From Microbacterium phage Pumpernickel: a stretch of DNA of 24,000 bases. Position 1 is the stretch's first letter, and each line of letters opens with the position of its first letter. The stretch is taken from sequence record OK040790.1. One strand, given 5' to 3'. The notes under the pieces were generated by a model. The model had not been told where the DNA came from. It did no database searches and was given only the letters and a program-made list of their open reading frames with translations. Positions 8,983 to 15,619 of the stretch are shown here, one piece after another. The position numbers and the translations under genes were made by a program.

Positions 8983-10206
8983 ATGGCTAGATATTCAATC
9001 ACCTCGTCCGACGAGTTCCAGGGTGCCAGCATCCTGCTCTCGGACGGCACCGTTAAGACGGTGGCCTCGGACCATCCCCGGTACGCTGAACTGGTGACAT
9101 ACCTCACCAGCAATGTGACTCACGACGAGTCCCACATTGTGGCACTCGCGGAGCCGATCCAGGCTGCTGCCGAGAAGCTGACCTCGCTTACGAGCCGCAT
9201 TTCCCGTGAAGGAAGTGCGCTCCTCTTCGACGGAGAGGGCATCGAAGGCGAATTCGTGGAGCACATTCTGAAGCTCCTCGACCAGAAGGGTGAGGACTCC
9301 GACTGGCTGTCTTACGTCCGATTCCTGGAGCGGCTTCAGAATAACCCCTCCAAGAAGAGCCGCAAGCACCTCGGTGCCTTCGTGCTCACCCACGGTCTGT
9401 CCATCACAAGTGACGGTATGCTGGTCGCCTACAAGGGTGTATCCAGTGACGGTCGATCCGTTCACTCCGGCTTCGGCATTGTGAACGGACGAACCTACGC
9501 CAATGACCGACTTCCGAACGAGGTGGGTTCCGTCATCGAGATTCCCCGCCACATGGTGGACGACGACCGCTCAGTGGCCTGTTCCACGGGTCTCCATGTC
9601 GGTACCTACGACTACGCCTCTGCATTTGCCTCTCGGCTTCTGACGGCTCTCGTGGACCCGGCTGACGTGGTTTCCGTGCCGTTCGACCACTCGGATGCAA
9701 AGGTCCGCGTGGCGAAGTACACCGTCAAGGAAGTCGCCCCCGCACAGGCCTACGAGGGTCTGACAGTATCCTTCGAGGTTGGCGAGGCGGATGGTGAGGT
9801 CACTCCCCTTTCCGAAGACGGTTACCGAGAAGAGTACAACTACTACCTCGAAGACAAGCAGGCTGACCCGGAGTTCTATGAGGGTCTTAAGGACCTCACC
9901 TTCGAGGAGGCCAAGGCTCTGATCGACGCTCATGGCGACGAAGACTGGTTCGAGCACATCCCCGAGGTGGATTCTGCCGAGGCGGCAGAGATCGCCAAGG
10001 TGGACGAGGGACCTGCGAAGGATTCCTCGAAGGGCGCTCCTGTAGCTGACCCGTTCCGCCAGAAGGTAGACGATTTCAAGGCTCTGATTCCTCAGATCAT
10101 CGCCGGAGGGTGGAACAAGAAGCTTTCCACCTGGAAGAACAAGAAGGTGACCGTAGGACAGCGAGAAGCCTTCCAGAAGGCTATCGATGAGCTTGGTCTG
10201 GAGTAA
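8983..10206 (+). CDS. rIIB: RIIB-like protein
   Basis: 407 aa; FLERLQNNPSKKSRKHLGAFVLTHGLSITSDGMLVAYKGV...GSVIEIPRHMVDDDRSVACSTGLHVGTYDYA, resembles T4 RIIB-like proteins; SD AGAAGGAAA. Confidence 0.8.
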   Translation: MARYSITSSDEFQGASILLSDGTVKTVASDHPRYAELVTYLTSNVTHDESHIVALAEPIQAAAEKLTSLTSRISREGSALLFDGEGIEGEFVEHILKLLDQKGEDSDWLSYVRFLERLQNNPSKKSRKHLGAFVLTHGLSITSDGMLVAYKGVSSDGRSVHSGFGIVNGRTYANDRLPNEVGSVIEIPRHMVDDDRSVACSTGLHVGTYDYASAFASRLLTALVDPADVVSVPFDHSDAKVRVAKYTVKEVAPAQAYEGLTVSFEVGEADGEVTPLSEDGYREEYNYYLEDKQADPEFYEGLKDLTFEEAKALIDAHGDEDWFEHIPEVDSAEAAEIAKVDEGPAKDSSKGAPVADPFRQKVDDFKALIPQIIAGGWNKKLSTWKNKKVTVGQREAFQKAIDELGLE

Positions 10207-10215
10207 GATCGCCTG

Positions 10216-10245
10216 AAAGGGGTCTCCTACGGGAGGCCCCTTTTT
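10216..10245 (+). terminator. Rho-independent terminator
   Basis: AAAGGGGTCTCC-TACG-GGAGGCCCCTTTTT; 12-bp stem counting A-T and one G-U pair, tetraloop TACG, T5 tract. Confidence 0.85.
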
Positions 10246-10247
10246 GG

Positions 10248-10253
10248 TACACT
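10248..10253 (+). promoter_or_regulatory. Putative -10 box TACACT for a leaderless gene
   Basis: TACACT with TGG-like context just after the terminator; 6 nt before ATG 10260. No good -35. Confidence 0.35.
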
Positions 10254-10259
10254 GAAACT

Positions 10260-11003
10260 ATGGAACATTATATATTCTATGTAGCCGAGGGCGAGACCGA
10301 GGAGCTTCGGTGGACGCTCAGGAGCCTAGCTAAGCACGCTCCTGAGGGGCGGGTGACCGTGATCGGAAGCGTCCCTAGCTGGGTGGATCAGAGTAAGATC
10401 ACTCTACTTCCGGGGAACCTAAAGGGCGAACGATTCGCAAATTCCTACGACAATATCCGAATTGCTTCTCAGTTTGAGCCGGGAGACTTCTGGACATTCA
10501 ACGACGACTTCCTTTCTCTCCAGGATTGGCCCGATCCTTTCCCGGTGTGGTACTGGCGCTCGATCTCTGAGCATATGGACACCAACATGAAGGACCCGAA
10601 GTCCCTGCCCAGAAAGGCCCTCTTCCGTAGGACTAGGGACTACCTGAGGTGGAAGGGAATTGAGGAGCCTATGCACTACGAGGTGCATATCCCTATGCGA
10701 ATCAACGGCACAGAGATGTTGCGAATTCTGGACGAAGCCGCTAGTGAAGAGGTGCCCGAAGAGTTCCGCATTACAGAGCGTACACCGCCCATTTGGCGCA
10801 CTCTCTACGGCAACCTGTCCACGCTTCCTTCGGAGCCTCATATTCAGCGTCAGGACGTGAAGCATCATGGACTTTATACAATAGAGAGGGACGCTGGAGG
10901 GTTGGCGAATTTGGACTTTCTCTCCACTGATGAGCGTTCATTCCGGCGAATTCAGCCTCTCGTAGCTGAGATGTTCCCAGACAAGTCCCCTTGGGAAAAG
11001 TGA
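10260..11003 (+). CDS. Stealth/capsular-polysaccharide-phosphotransferase-like or GT-A glycosyltransferase-like protein
   Basis: 247 aa; YVAEGETEELRWTLRSLAKHAPEG, FANSYDNIRIASQFEPGDFWTFNDDFLSL (NDDF motif as in Stealth CR2), MHYEVHIPMRI. Confidence 0.55.
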   Translation: MEHYIFYVAEGETEELRWTLRSLAKHAPEGRVTVIGSVPSWVDQSKITLLPGNLKGERFANSYDNIRIASQFEPGDFWTFNDDFLSLQDWPDPFPVWYWRSISEHMDTNMKDPKSLPRKALFRRTRDYLRWKGIEEPMHYEVHIPMRINGTEMLRILDEAASEEVPEEFRITERTPPIWRTLYGNLSTLPSEPHIQRQDVKHHGLYTIERDAGGLANLDFLSTDERSFRRIQPLVAEMFPDKSPWEK

Positions 11004-11019
11004 GCAGACCTGGTAGACT
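10991..11019 (+). promoter_or_regulatory. Predicted promoter TTGGGA-N17-TAGACT
   Basis: -35 10991-10996, -10 11014-11019 with CTGG upstream. Confidence 0.5.
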
Positions 11020-11054
11020 GTGTGGGTGATGTACCGGCAGCAGGAGGTAGACAG

Positions 11055-11342
11055 ATGAAGGTATCACTGCGAGAGGAGAGTCTTGCCAAAGAGCTATACG
11101 AGAAGGATATGGGTCTCCATCTGAAGGCAGACCACCAGAACGAAATCGTCCCTTGGGACAGGCAGATTGACTACGTGAAGAACTCCTACTACAAGCAGGC
11201 CTCCACTATCGTCAATAGCAAGTGGTTCAAGCAGCAGCTATACGAAGCCAGCCTCCTAGGAGCGCATGAAGAAGCGATCTCTCGGGACAATCTTCAGGGC
11301 AAGTACGTGCCTCCCATTGACAATGGCTCAGAGCGAGCGTAG
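11055..11342 (+). CDS. Hypothetical protein (95 aa)
   Basis: ATG 11055 preceded by AGGAGG (11042-11047); listed start 11022 less likely. Confidence 0.7.
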   Translation: MKVSLREESLAKELYEKDMGLHLKADHQNEIVPWDRQIDYVKNSYYKQASTIVNSKWFKQQLYEASLLGAHEEAISRDNLQGKYVPPIDNGSERA

Positions 11343-11345
11343 AGT
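11317..11345 (+). promoter_or_regulatory. Predicted promoter TTGACA-N17-TAGAGT
   Basis: -35 11317-11322, -10 11340-11345; -10 begins with the TAG stop of the 11055 CDS. Confidence 0.6.
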
Positions 11346-11354
11346 AGGATGATC

Positions 11355-11669
11355 ATGACTGACACTTCTAGCAATTACATCGAAGTCGTACACGAGTACG
11401 AGGACGAAAGCAATCCCCTCCTGAACGTCAAGGCCAAAGAGGTCTTCTGGGCGGTGCATCCGACTCCGGACCAGTACAACGCCACGCTTCGGGAGAGCGG
11501 CGAGAAGGTGGATGGAATCAACCTCGCCGGGTCCTCCAAGGCCTGGAGCCTCTTCGGGGGCCAGGGGGTGTACGTCCACGACATCGAGGACATTCGAGGC
11601 CTCAGGAAGCTCCTGGACTCTCTGGAGTCCATGTACATCCTGGATGAGATGACCAAGGGAGGGCTGTGA
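11355..11669 (+). CDS. Hypothetical protein (about 104 aa; possible start 11349)
   Basis: MTDTSSNYIEVVHEYEDESNPLLNVKAKEVFWAVHPTPDQYNATL...; start choice constrained by upstream -10 box. Confidence 0.65.
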   Translation: MTDTSSNYIEVVHEYEDESNPLLNVKAKEVFWAVHPTPDQYNATLRESGEKVDGINLAGSSKAWSLFGGQGVYVHDIEDIRGLRKLLDSLESMYILDEMTKGGL

Positions 11670-11974
11670 GCGCAGACGGATTTTTCTCCGACAAGGTGAA
11701 GCCGGGGACCCCTGAGGACGTGAAGAGAATGCAGGGGAAGAAAAAGAAGAAGCCCGGGGACAACTTCCTGGAGGACTGGGAGCGCGAGCTTGCGAAAAGC
11801 ATGGAAGTCCCTATCAAGGCCCCGAACCGTAAGAAGAATTCTCCCAAGTCGCCCAACCGCAACAGAGACCTGACCGTAGGCGGATTTGTGCGTAAGCCTC
11901 CGCGTCCCAGGAAGGTTACGGGGAACTCGAAGCCCGCAAAGGGGTTTAAGTCGTTCGATTTCGAAGGTTTTTAG
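11666..11974 (+). CDS. Hypothetical basic Lys-rich protein
   Basis: GTG start overlapping upstream TGA (GTGA); MSADGFFSDKVKPGTPEDVKRMQGKKKKKPG... Confidence 0.65.
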   Translation: MSADGFFSDKVKPGTPEDVKRMQGKKKKKPGDNFLEDWERELAKSMEVPIKAPNRKKNSPKSPNRNRDLTVGGFVRKPPRPRKVTGNSKPAKGFKSFDFEGF

Positions 11975-11976
11975 GT

Positions 11977-12627
11977 GTGACCATGAGTGACGTATCCGAA
12001 GTGAACAGTGCCCTCAAGATGCCTCCGCTGAATCCGTTGAAGGTGAAGGGGGCTGAGGCGGCTCTCTGGATGAAGATCATCCTGGCCGACTTCAAGGGTG
12101 AGTGGGACGCCGATGACTTCATCACCCAGTACCGCTCACACGAGTGGGATTTTGATTTGAAGAAAGCTGTAGAGGTGGAACCCCACTTCCTCAGCTTCGC
12201 CAACTGTAGCGACTTCTTCTGGTGGGGGTCGGCTGACGCTGAGACCATCACGATGGGGAACATGCACCTCCTCCGGGAAGCTGTCGAGGAGCTAAACCCG
12301 TACTACAAAGCCGCCTATGAGCAGGACCGAGAGAACGGAAGGCTTCGTCAGGAGGAACTTAGCGATGGGTACAAGGCCTGGGAGAAGTCTGGCAATGAGA
12401 CTCCCTGGAGTAAAACACCTGAGTTCAAGGCGATCAACGACAAGTACCCGTATATCGCTATGAAGTACGAGTACTGCCTGCCTCTGCTCTTCGCGGCCAA
12501 GTCTCGCAAGATGCGGCCTCAGGGTGCGTACTACAAGTCTATTCCGGAGAATATCTGGCACCTCTTTGACGCCTGCGGTCCTGAGCGGGAGGTCGGGATG
12601 GGGAACCCTCGGAAGCCCGGGGAGTGA
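11977..12627 (+). CDS. Hypothetical protein (216 aa; alternative ATG 11983)
   Basis: Long ORF on coding strand, compact gaps. Confidence 0.68.
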   Translation: MTMSDVSEVNSALKMPPLNPLKVKGAEAALWMKIILADFKGEWDADDFITQYRSHEWDFDLKKAVEVEPHFLSFANCSDFFWWGSADAETITMGNMHLLREAVEELNPYYKAAYEQDRENGRLRQEELSDGYKAWEKSGNETPWSKTPEFKAINDKYPYIAMKYEYCLPLLFAAKSRKMRPQGAYYKSIPENIWHLFDACGPEREVGMGNPRKPGE

Positions 12628-12656
12628 TTGACTCTATCTCGTAGACCTGGTAGGCT
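12628..12656 (+). promoter_or_regulatory. Predicted promoter TTGACT-N17-TAGGCT
   Basis: -35 12628-12633 immediately after stop 12627, -10 12651-12656, ATG 12663 exactly 6 nt later. Confidence 0.65.
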
Positions 12657-12662
12657 GGCTTC

Positions 12663-13064
12663 ATGTCAAGATTCGTTCCCCACCAGTTCCACCTCGGATA
12701 CTGGCTCCTATTCCCCGGAGTACTCTTCTTCACTACCCAGGACCCTGAGTGGCCCTTCTGGGTAAGGTTGATTATGACCGTAGTCGGGTGGATTTTTCTG
12801 GCCGAGGCTTTGGCTGTGACCGAGAAGATCGCCTACCAGTACGGAAAGGTGGGCGGTATTCCTCGCCAGTGGGGTGTGGCTGTCGTCAGTCGTACCGATG
12901 CCTCTTGGAGAGACGTGAAGCCTATGCCCGACCTCACCGAGGCAAACACGTATCGTGACGCCTTCAATGAGGCGGCATCTAAAGGGATGCTTATCGATGA
13001 GTTCGCGATTCTCATCCGCAGAAACAGAAGAGGTAAGTGGAAGGCAGTAACGGACGATGACTGA
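12663..13064 (+). CDS. Predicted membrane protein (133 aa)
   Basis: Hydrophobic N-term FHLGYWLLFPGVLFF...WVRLIMTVVGWIFLAEALAV; no SD upstream. Confidence 0.68.
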   Translation: MSRFVPHQFHLGYWLLFPGVLFFTTQDPEWPFWVRLIMTVVGWIFLAEALAVTEKIAYQYGKVGGIPRQWGVAVVSRTDASWRDVKPMPDLTEANTYRDAFNEAASKGMLIDEFAILIRRNRRGKWKAVTDDD

Positions 13065-13518
13065 CAAGACAGGTCTCTACGAGGTTCCCGAGGGATTCTT
13101 CTACGAGATTTTCCCGAAGCAGGATGAGGACGACTTTGCAACCATGCGGCTCGTCAGGGTTCGAGAAGAACAGCTTGAGGACGCTATGCAGGCCCCTCTA
13201 TCTCTCGGGACTAACGATGTCGTGACATACTCCGAGAGGGAGGTTATCGGATTCGTGAGGAAGACCTTCCTCGGAATACCTTACGGTAATCCTATCAACC
13301 CCATTTATTCGGATGAGCCGATTACGGCCTACATCCGAAGCGTCGTAGCCGTATGGCCCCGCATTGATGATCTGTCAGACGAGAATCTGTACACCGTTTC
13401 GGAGACCCTGTGGAACCGATACAAGGCGGACGAAGACTGGCTTGAGGCCAAGCTGGGTCGAAAGTCCCGAGTCCGCTCTATTTCTGGGGAGTATCCTCCC
13501 AAGAAACTCAGTGATTGA
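13057..13518 (+). CDS. Hypothetical protein (153 aa)
   Basis: ATG 13057 overlaps end of upstream gene; MTDKTGLYEVPEGFFYEIFPKQDEDDF... Confidence 0.68.
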   Translation: MTDKTGLYEVPEGFFYEIFPKQDEDDFATMRLVRVREEQLEDAMQAPLSLGTNDVVTYSEREVIGFVRKTFLGIPYGNPINPIYSDEPITAYIRSVVAVWPRIDDLSDENLYTVSETLWNRYKADEDWLEAKLGRKSRVRSISGEYPPKKLSD

Positions 13519-13691
13519 TGGACGAGAGACTGATCGCCATGTCCGAGAAGGTGTCGAAAAGGTCTGGCCTCCCTGAAATGGTCGTCCTGACGCTGTTCAA
13601 AGCGGGCTGGACCTACTCTGAGCACACCAACGGGGAGCGTAAGTGGATCAAGCCTCCTCTCGGGACGGTTGTGATTCAGGAGAAACCCTGA
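13518..13691 (+). CDS. Small hypothetical protein (57 aa), absent from supplied ORF track
   Basis: ATG 13518 overlaps TGA of preceding gene; MDERLIAMSEKVSKRSGLPEMVVLTLFKAGWTYSEHTNGERKWIKPPLGTVVIQEKP*. Confidence 0.6.
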   Translation: MDERLIAMSEKVSKRSGLPEMVVLTLFKAGWTYSEHTNGERKWIKPPLGTVVIQEKP

Positions 13692-13697
13692 TATACT
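13669..13697 (+). promoter_or_regulatory. Predicted promoter TTGTGA-N17-TATACT
   Basis: -35 13669-13674, -10 13692-13697; upstream stop TGA 13689-13691 is the extended -10. Confidence 0.6.
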
Positions 13698-13748
13698 GAT
13701 CCCCTACAAACAGGCATTTTCAGATGCCCTGACTTGACAGGATGACTC

Positions 13749-13994
13749 ATGGCCGTAATCTACTCGCCTACACCCCCTCATGTCCTGAAAAGGCAGATGT
13801 CTTGGGTGACTAGCCGCGCCCAGATGGCAGCGGCAGGCGGGGTCGAGTGGGCAAAAATCCTTGAGAAAAAGCGACAGGAACTTCATGTCCCCGCTATCGC
13901 CGCCTGGACTGTGACTATGCACGTCTACGATGATGAGGTAATATACTACTGGATGTGGGAAATCCTGGTCTTCGAGGAAGGAATGTCGCTGTGA
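13749..13994 (+). CDS. Hypothetical protein (81 aa)
   Basis: ATG 13749; MAVIYSPTPPHVLKRQMSWVTSRAQMAAAGGVEWAKILEKK... Confidence 0.6.
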   Translation: MAVIYSPTPPHVLKRQMSWVTSRAQMAAAGGVEWAKILEKKRQELHVPAIAAWTVTMHVYDDEVIYYWMWEILVFEEGMSL

Positions 13995-14254
13995 GTGTTG
14001 CAGTTGAGCCGGGTGCCTACCAGATAGAAGAGAAGTACCTCTTGGTCTCTGTCCCGAACATCGAGGTTGGGGTAGCGGATGAGGTGTATCTCCAAGAGTA
14101 TTTCGAGAAGAAAAACATCCCTTCCTGTGCCAATGTAACGTTGAAGAGCGCGACACCTAAGACTAGTTACTTCGTGATTTCATGGATCGAAGTCACAGTA
14201 GACAATCTAGATTTCATCAGTGGGGAGGGTGACGAATGGAGCCTCTCGGCCTGA
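13991..14254 (+). CDS. Hypothetical protein (87 aa), GTG start
   Basis: GTG 13991 overlaps TGA 13992-13994; (V)SVAVEPGAYQIEEKYLLVSVPNIEVGVADEVYLQEYF... Confidence 0.55.
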   Translation: MSVAVEPGAYQIEEKYLLVSVPNIEVGVADEVYLQEYFEKKNIPSCANVTLKSATPKTSYFVISWIEVTVDNLDFISGEGDEWSLSA

Positions 14255-14427
14255 TTTACTTGGCAGGAATGATCTTCACGGGGTTCAGCATCATCATGGG
14301 CTTCTCTCAAATGAACGGTCCTGCATCCTCGAAGGATAAGCAGTTCATCATTGCTTCGGCCCTCATCTTTGCGATGATCTGGCCCCTGTTCTACCTCATC
14401 AGTCTTCTTTCCAAGGATCGGTCTTGA
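14236..14427 (+). CDS. Small two-TM membrane protein (63 aa)
   Basis: MEPLGLIYLAGMIFTGFSIIMGFSQ...QFIIASALIFAMIWPLFYLISLL. Confidence 0.6.
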   Translation: MEPLGLIYLAGMIFTGFSIIMGFSQMNGPASSKDKQFIIASALIFAMIWPLFYLISLLSKDRS

Positions 14428-14453
14428 CTCTGACCGGGTAGAGTGTGTATAGT
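14424..14453 (+). promoter_or_regulatory. Predicted promoter TTGACT-N18-TATAGT
   Basis: -35 14424-14429 contains upstream TGA stop (14425-14427); -10 14448-14453. Confidence 0.65.
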
Positions 14454-14480
14454 GGTGTCAACGTCAAGAAAGGACACCAC
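14452..14480 (+). repeat. Perfect 8-bp inverted repeat GTGGTGTC-N13-GACACCAC abutting the start codon
   Basis: Arms 14452-14459 and 14473-14480; right arm lies between SD GAAAGGA and ATG 14481, left arm overlaps the -10. Confidence 0.7.
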
Positions 14481-15014
14481 ATGTACTTCTGGATCATCTG
14501 GGCTGTTGTCGCAGCGGCAGGTATCACCTGGGGCATCCTCTACTACCGATACTCCTACTGGTACCAGGCGTGGTACCACATCTTCAACGGTATCTGGGGC
14601 GGTGTAGTGGCGGGATTCTTCATCGCTCTGATCGTGGGATTCATCGGTGCCAACAACACACTCTCGGGTAACGAATGGGTGGTGGTCGAGGAGGATGAGC
14701 TTGTTGCTCTCGCTACTCAGCAGGAGACCGAAGGCTCCGCGTCGATGCTGTTCTTCGTCGGCTACGCTCAGGTGGATGATGTCCGTACTGCGTACTGGAC
14801 AACTCGTGATGACGAGGGGATTATCGAAATGAAGTCCCAGAACGCCGAGTCCATCCGAGTCCGTGAAGTCGAAACCCAGCCCAAGTACATCGTGGAGAGC
14901 CGTGTGGACGATGGACACGTCTGGCTTCCTTGGGACGTGTGGGGTATGACCAACCGCAAGACCTTGGAGATTCCCGAGGGTACCATCACCCAGAACTACG
15001 AATTTCAGCCCTAA
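14481..15014 (+). CDS. Predicted membrane protein (177 aa)
   Basis: MYFWIIWAVVAAAGITWGILYYRYSYWYQAWYHIFNGIWGGVVAGFFIALIVGFIG; AAAGGAC SD. Confidence 0.7.
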   Translation: MYFWIIWAVVAAAGITWGILYYRYSYWYQAWYHIFNGIWGGVVAGFFIALIVGFIGANNTLSGNEWVVVEEDELVALATQQETEGSASMLFFVGYAQVDDVRTAYWTTRDDEGIIEMKSQNAESIRVREVETQPKYIVESRVDDGHVWLPWDVWGMTNRKTLEIPEGTITQNYEFQP

Positions 15015-15032
15015 CGATTAAGGATAAAATAA

Positions 15033-15554
15033 ATGTCTATTCCCGCTCCGCCGCCTCCGGCTTCCAAGCCCTGGTACAAGCGACCCATCACCTGGATCAT
15101 CGCCGGTTCTGTGGCGTTCCTCCTGTTCCTGGTGCTCATGTTCAGCCTTACGGCTGCCTTGCTGTCATCCGGACGCCCCGAGCCTGCGCCCGCTCCTACG
15201 GTCACGGTGACTCAGGAACCCGCTCCGGCCCCCGAGCCTAAGCCGGAGCCGTCTGAGGACCCTGCACCGCCTCCTGCCGCCCCTGAGGCGTCATCGGATG
15301 AGCAGGCCTACCTCGACTTCCTTCGACAGGAGGCCTACTTCAAGAACATCGATGACGGAACTCTGCTTACCGCAGGCTACGCCATCTGTGATGCCATCGG
15401 AGCCGGTGAGACCATTGACGGTCTCTTCTACACGGCTGATCAGAACGGTATTCCTGGCTACGAGGCAGGATACCTGATCGGTTCGGCTGTGGCTGGACTC
15501 TGCCCTGAGTACACGTCTGTGGTCGAAGACTACCTGGCTCAGAATGGGTCTTGA
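15033..15554 (+). CDS. Membrane-anchored/secreted DUF732-like protein
   Basis: Single TM (WIIAGSVAFLLFLVLMFSLTAALL), Pro-rich linker, then DEQAYLDFLRQEAYFKNIDDGTLLTAGYAICDAIGAGETIDG...GSAVAGLCPEY resembling DUF732. Confidence 0.65.
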   Translation: MSIPAPPPPASKPWYKRPITWIIAGSVAFLLFLVLMFSLTAALLSSGRPEPAPAPTVTVTQEPAPAPEPKPEPSEDPAPPPAAPEASSDEQAYLDFLRQEAYFKNIDDGTLLTAGYAICDAIGAGETIDGLFYTADQNGIPGYEAGYLIGSAVAGLCPEYTSVVEDYLAQNGS

Positions 15555-15579
15555 CACTCTCTCATCTACCTGATAGACT
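15551..15579 (+). promoter_or_regulatory. Predicted promoter TTGACA-N17-TAGACT
   Basis: -35 15551-15556 contains upstream TGA stop 15552-15554; -10 15574-15579 with TGA extended -10. Confidence 0.75.
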
Positions 15580-15619
15580 CACTAAGTCGTGTCCAGAGGG
15601 GGCACGGAAAGGACATACA

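Noticed and set aside
13711-13731. Small inverted repeat CAGGCAT...ATGCCCTG upstream of 13749
   Set aside because: Only 5 contiguous pairs with a bulge; not distinguishable from chance without conservation data.
13734-13761. Additional promoter-like TTGACA (13734) with TAATCT at 13756
   Set aside because: Spacer is 16 nt and the -10 lies inside the 13749 CDS with no downstream gene start in position; the 13669-13697 promoter explains the gene better.
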